From Octopus vulgaris (lineage: Eukaryota), in assembly GCA_951406725.2 (NCBI GenBank), contig OX597815.1:130510001-130574000 (forward strand): 64,000 nt of DNA. Reading direction: 5' to 3'. Numbering within the stretch: the stretch's first letter is position 1; the number at the start of each line of letters is the position of its first letter. A program made the translations under genes and the position numbers. Shown here piece after piece: positions 61,901 to 64,000 of this stretch. The notes below the pieces were generated by a model, which saw only the letters and a list, made by a program, of their open reading frames with translations, did not search any database and was not told the origin of the DNA.

Positions 61901-62180
61901 AATGACAAGAAATACGAGAGCTGAGAGGAAATCCTAGAGACCTATGAATCTGGGGGGAAAGAATGAAAGAAAGAATAAACTAAGAAAAGGTTCAGAATAA
62001 GAGACAGAGTGGAAATGGTGGGGAAAGATGGAGTAGAAGGAAGAGATAGATATATGAAGGAGTAGGAGTGGCCAAATTACCTCTGCATTTTGACATTCTT
62101 TGCAAGTTGTTCTGATCCAGCAGGTGTAGCCAAGAATAAATATCCCTGATGATTGAACTGAACATCAGGAGGATCCATAT
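48131..62180 (-). CDS. FOXRED1: FAD-dependent oxidoreductase domain-containing protein 1 (complex I assembly factor), last 7 exons; 5' part lies beyond the window
   Basis: Exons 62180-62081, 58420-58326, 56741-56566, 54218-54076, 52129-51994, 50514-50410, 48385-48131; GT-AG, phases join. Motifs [74 protein letters not shown]. Confidence 0.94.
50410..50514 (-). CDS. FOXRED1: FOXRED1 exon ([35 protein letters not shown])
   Basis: TTTCAG acceptor, GTATAT donor, 105 nt. Confidence 0.93.
51659..51904. mobile_element. hAT-type MITE (same family as the split copy at about 7906-8775)
   Basis: CAGTGGTTCTCAA...ACTACTG ends; imperfect TSD GTTTCAAC/ATTTAAAC. Confidence 0.6.
51994..52129 (-). CDS. FOXRED1: FOXRED1 exon ([15 protein letters not shown]...[19 protein letters not shown])
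   Basis: TTTCCAG acceptor, GTGAGT donor, 136 nt. Confidence 0.93.
52955..53405 (+). mobile_element. Mariner transposase 3' remnant (pseudogene) with right end
   Basis: FHQDNG and [16 protein letters not shown] (consensus HPPYSPDLAPSDYHLF)...[13 protein letters not shown]; in-frame stops upstream. Confidence 0.88.
54076..54218 (-). CDS. FOXRED1: FOXRED1 exon (IKSDDG...[19 protein letters not shown]...LPVEP)
   Basis: CTACAG acceptor, GTAATA donor, 143 nt. Confidence 0.93.
55769..56216 (+). mobile_element. R4/Dong-clade LINE 3' fragment in (TAA)n
   Basis: KLSKYKDL...[13 protein letters not shown]...EIQKIVLMG; begins directly after a long (AAT)n. Confidence 0.7.
56566..56741 (-). CDS. FOXRED1: FOXRED1 exon ([20 protein letters not shown]...KLDCVQ)
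   Basis: TTTTCAG acceptor, GTAAAT donor, 176 nt. Confidence 0.92.
57029..57160. repeat. Perfect 64-bp inverted repeat with 4-nt spacer
   Basis: 57029-57092 is the exact reverse complement of 57097-57160; spacer AGAA. Confidence 0.95.
57611..57832 (+). mobile_element. Mariner-derived MITE
   Basis: Imperfect ~30-bp TIRs (GGGGTGCTGAAAAATTCCTGACTTT / AAAGCTAGGAACTTATCAGCACCC); internal [11 protein letters not shown] mariner C-terminus. Confidence 0.8.
57853..58265 (+). mobile_element. tRNA-derived CORE-like SINE, full length
   Basis: Colinear with family. Confidence 0.85.
58326..58420 (-). CDS. FOXRED1: FOXRED1 exon ([32 protein letters not shown])
   Basis: AACAG acceptor, GTAACT donor, 95 nt. 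Confidence 0.92.
58915..59238 (-). mobile_element. About 300-bp hammerhead-containing unit bounded by a 21-bp direct repeat
   Basis: ATGTAACATATGGTATAATTA at 58915-58935 and 59218-59238; minus-strand CUGAUGA-GAGCCU(AAUA)AGGUUC-GAAA-A(UCGA)U-UA around 58994-59028. Confidence 0.55.
60484..61701 (-). mobile_element. Non-autonomous Helitron (interrupted by RTE)
   Basis: A|TC...ATAAAAG 5' end at 61701; 3' end CCTGTGCAACACTGGG hairpin then CTAG|T at 60484; no TSD. Confidence 0.7.
60683..61527 (-). mobile_element. RTE LINE 3' fragment with (GAT)n tail, nested in a Helitron
   Basis: [11 protein letters not shown]...RLRWYGHV...GRSRKT peptide; (CAT)n on plus strand at the 3' end. Confidence 0.88.
62081..62180 (-). 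CDS. FOXRED1: FOXRED1 exon ([32 protein letters not shown])
   Basis: CTCACAG acceptor, GTAATT donor, 100 nt. Confidence 0.9.
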
Positions 62181-63164
62181 CTGTGAGGAGAGAAGAAAGA
62201 AAATGAAAGCATGACCGTAAAACCATGCCCAAACGGACACAAAAGTATGGTGCAGGCTTCTGCTTGGACATCTCCTGTCAAACTGTCCAACCTATGTTGG
62301 CATGGAAGGAGGACATTAAATGATAATGACGATTATGATGACTGTGTGGTTATGAAGTGTGTTTGGCAACCAAGCAGTTTCAGGTTCAGTCCCACAGTAC
62401 AGCACCATAGGCATGTATCTTCTACCATAGCAGCAAGCTGACAAATGCCCAGAAATTGTATGGAAGCCCATTGTCACTCACCCACTGACATATACACACA
62501 TATGTAGTAATGCATTAAAGGATTTATGAATTTCTATTTGAAAGTTTGTGTTATTACTATATGTATTTGCATGTGTGTGTGTGTGTGTCTTCGTATGTAT
62601 GATCTTGTGGCTGGTGGTTGTCTACACCACTAGTGCTCAAGCTGATTTGTTAACTGCTAGGAGCTGCATATGCATGCCGATGTTGGGAGTTGACTGTTGG
62701 GTGCTGGCTGTTATTTCTAGTGTTGGAGGCCAACAGTTGTACATAGAAGAAAACAATGAAACCTGTTGAGATATTTACAAACTTTATTTCTTGTGAGAGA
62801 GTTTAGATGTTATGTAATAATATTCGCAAAGTTACTGAAGACATTGTGTCGAAAGTCACTCTGTATTGTTGCTGCTGATAGTCTATTTGCCATCCATCTA
62901 CCTTGTTGTCTCAGCTACATCCCAAAGCTCTCTCTGCTGGTGTCACATGTGTGTGTGTCATCTTATACTGTTTGAGAGGCTCAGAAAGGAAGGCGCCAAA
63001 AGATTATACAACCAATGGAACCTATTCCACATGGAGTCATAATTGGCCAGATTTTGTTGGTCACATGGGTAATATTCTTTCTAGGCGAAGTTGCGATTGG
63101 TCAGATTTGCTGATCTTATGGGCAACATTTTAGTGAATCATAACATTTGTGGTTACTGAATATT

Positions 63165-64000
63165 TTCATTACAACCTTACACCTCATCATCATCATCATC
63201 ATCATCATCGTTTAACATCCGTTTTCCATGCTAGCATGGGTTGGATGGTTCGACTGAGGTCTGGGAAGCCAGGAGGTTGCACCAGGCTTCAGTCTGATCT
63301 GGTGGAGTTTCTACAGCTGGATGCCCTTCCTAATGCCAACCACTCCGTGAGTGTAGTAGGTGCTTTTTACATTCCACCTGCACAGGGGCCAGAGGAGGCT
63401 GGCAAAGGCCATGATCGATTGGTGCTTTTATGTGCCATCGGCACGGAAGCCAGTCAAGGCGATGCTGGCATCAGCCACGTTCGGATGTTGGTATTTACGT
63501 GCCCCCGGCACGGGTATCACAACTACAATTTCCATTTGATTTTTATTTTGATGTTGATGTACTTGACTCAATAGGTCGCCTCAAGCACAGCAGGTTGCTC
63601 TACGATCCAAGGTAAGTACAGCAGGTCATCCTACGATCCAAGGTACTTTTGAACGGACTGAGGCTGGTTATGTGAAACTGGTGTAGGATAGTATTTGTCG
63701 GGTCTTCGCAGTCACAGCATATCTCCAGAGGTCTTTTGTCATTGACTCTGTGAGGCCCAATGTTCGAAGGTCATGCTTGACCACCTCATCCAATGTCTTT
63801 CTGGGTCTACCTCTACCCCGGATTCCTTCAACTGTTTGGGAGTGGCACTTCTTCACACATCTCTCCTCATCCATCTGTAGTACATGACCATACCAGCACA
63901 AACATCTTTCTTGCATGCCACATCCGATGCTTCTTATGTCCAACATTTCTCTCAAGGCGCTCACACTCTGTCATATGTGCACACTGACATTACACATCCA
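63165..64000 (-). mobile_element. RTE LINE 3' fragment (runs off window)
   Basis: Closely similar to the 60683-61527 copy; WYGHV...GRPRKTLDEVVKHDL peptide; (CAT)n tail. Confidence 0.88.

Noticed and set aside
62835-62865. CTGAAGACATTGTGTCGAAA hammerhead-like string; surrounding 62500-63130 as possible solo LTR
   Set aside because: Stem II overlaps the core and stem I is absent; no TSD found for an LTR call.

Overview
AT-rich, repeat-dense eukaryotic genomic DNA. The SINE/LINE/microsatellite landscape points to an octopus (coleoid cephalopod), which is an inference. Three spliced genes were rebuilt by hand with phase-consistent GT-AG junctions. (1) A complete 12-coding-exon F8A1/HAP40 (huntingtin-associated protein 40) gene, minus strand, 32870->7589, 315 aa. 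(2) A complete 5-exon NOL12 gene, plus strand, 35366->46969, 194 aa, head-to-head with HAP40. (3) The last 7 exons of FOXRED1, minus strand, 62180->48131, tail-to-tail with NOL12. Introns hold tRNA-derived CORE-like and Meta-like SINEs, RTE, R4/Dong and CR1 LINE fragments, hAT/Tigger/mariner/piggyBac MITEs, a Helitron and microsatellites; almost all ORFs in the supplied track are spurious. The most notable signal is a set of type I hammerhead ribozyme motifs in several unrelated small non-coding elements. The lead example is a tRNA(Pol III)-headed, hammerhead-bearing element inserted as an inverted dimer with a one-sided ~34-nt tail and a target-site duplication (26478-27028), i.e. an apparent SINE with Penelope-like architecture. 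A near-canonical hammerhead also lies at 39465-39515 (-). No database searches or folding software were run; family names come from remembered sequence features, and repeat boundaries are approximate unless a TSD/TIR is quoted.
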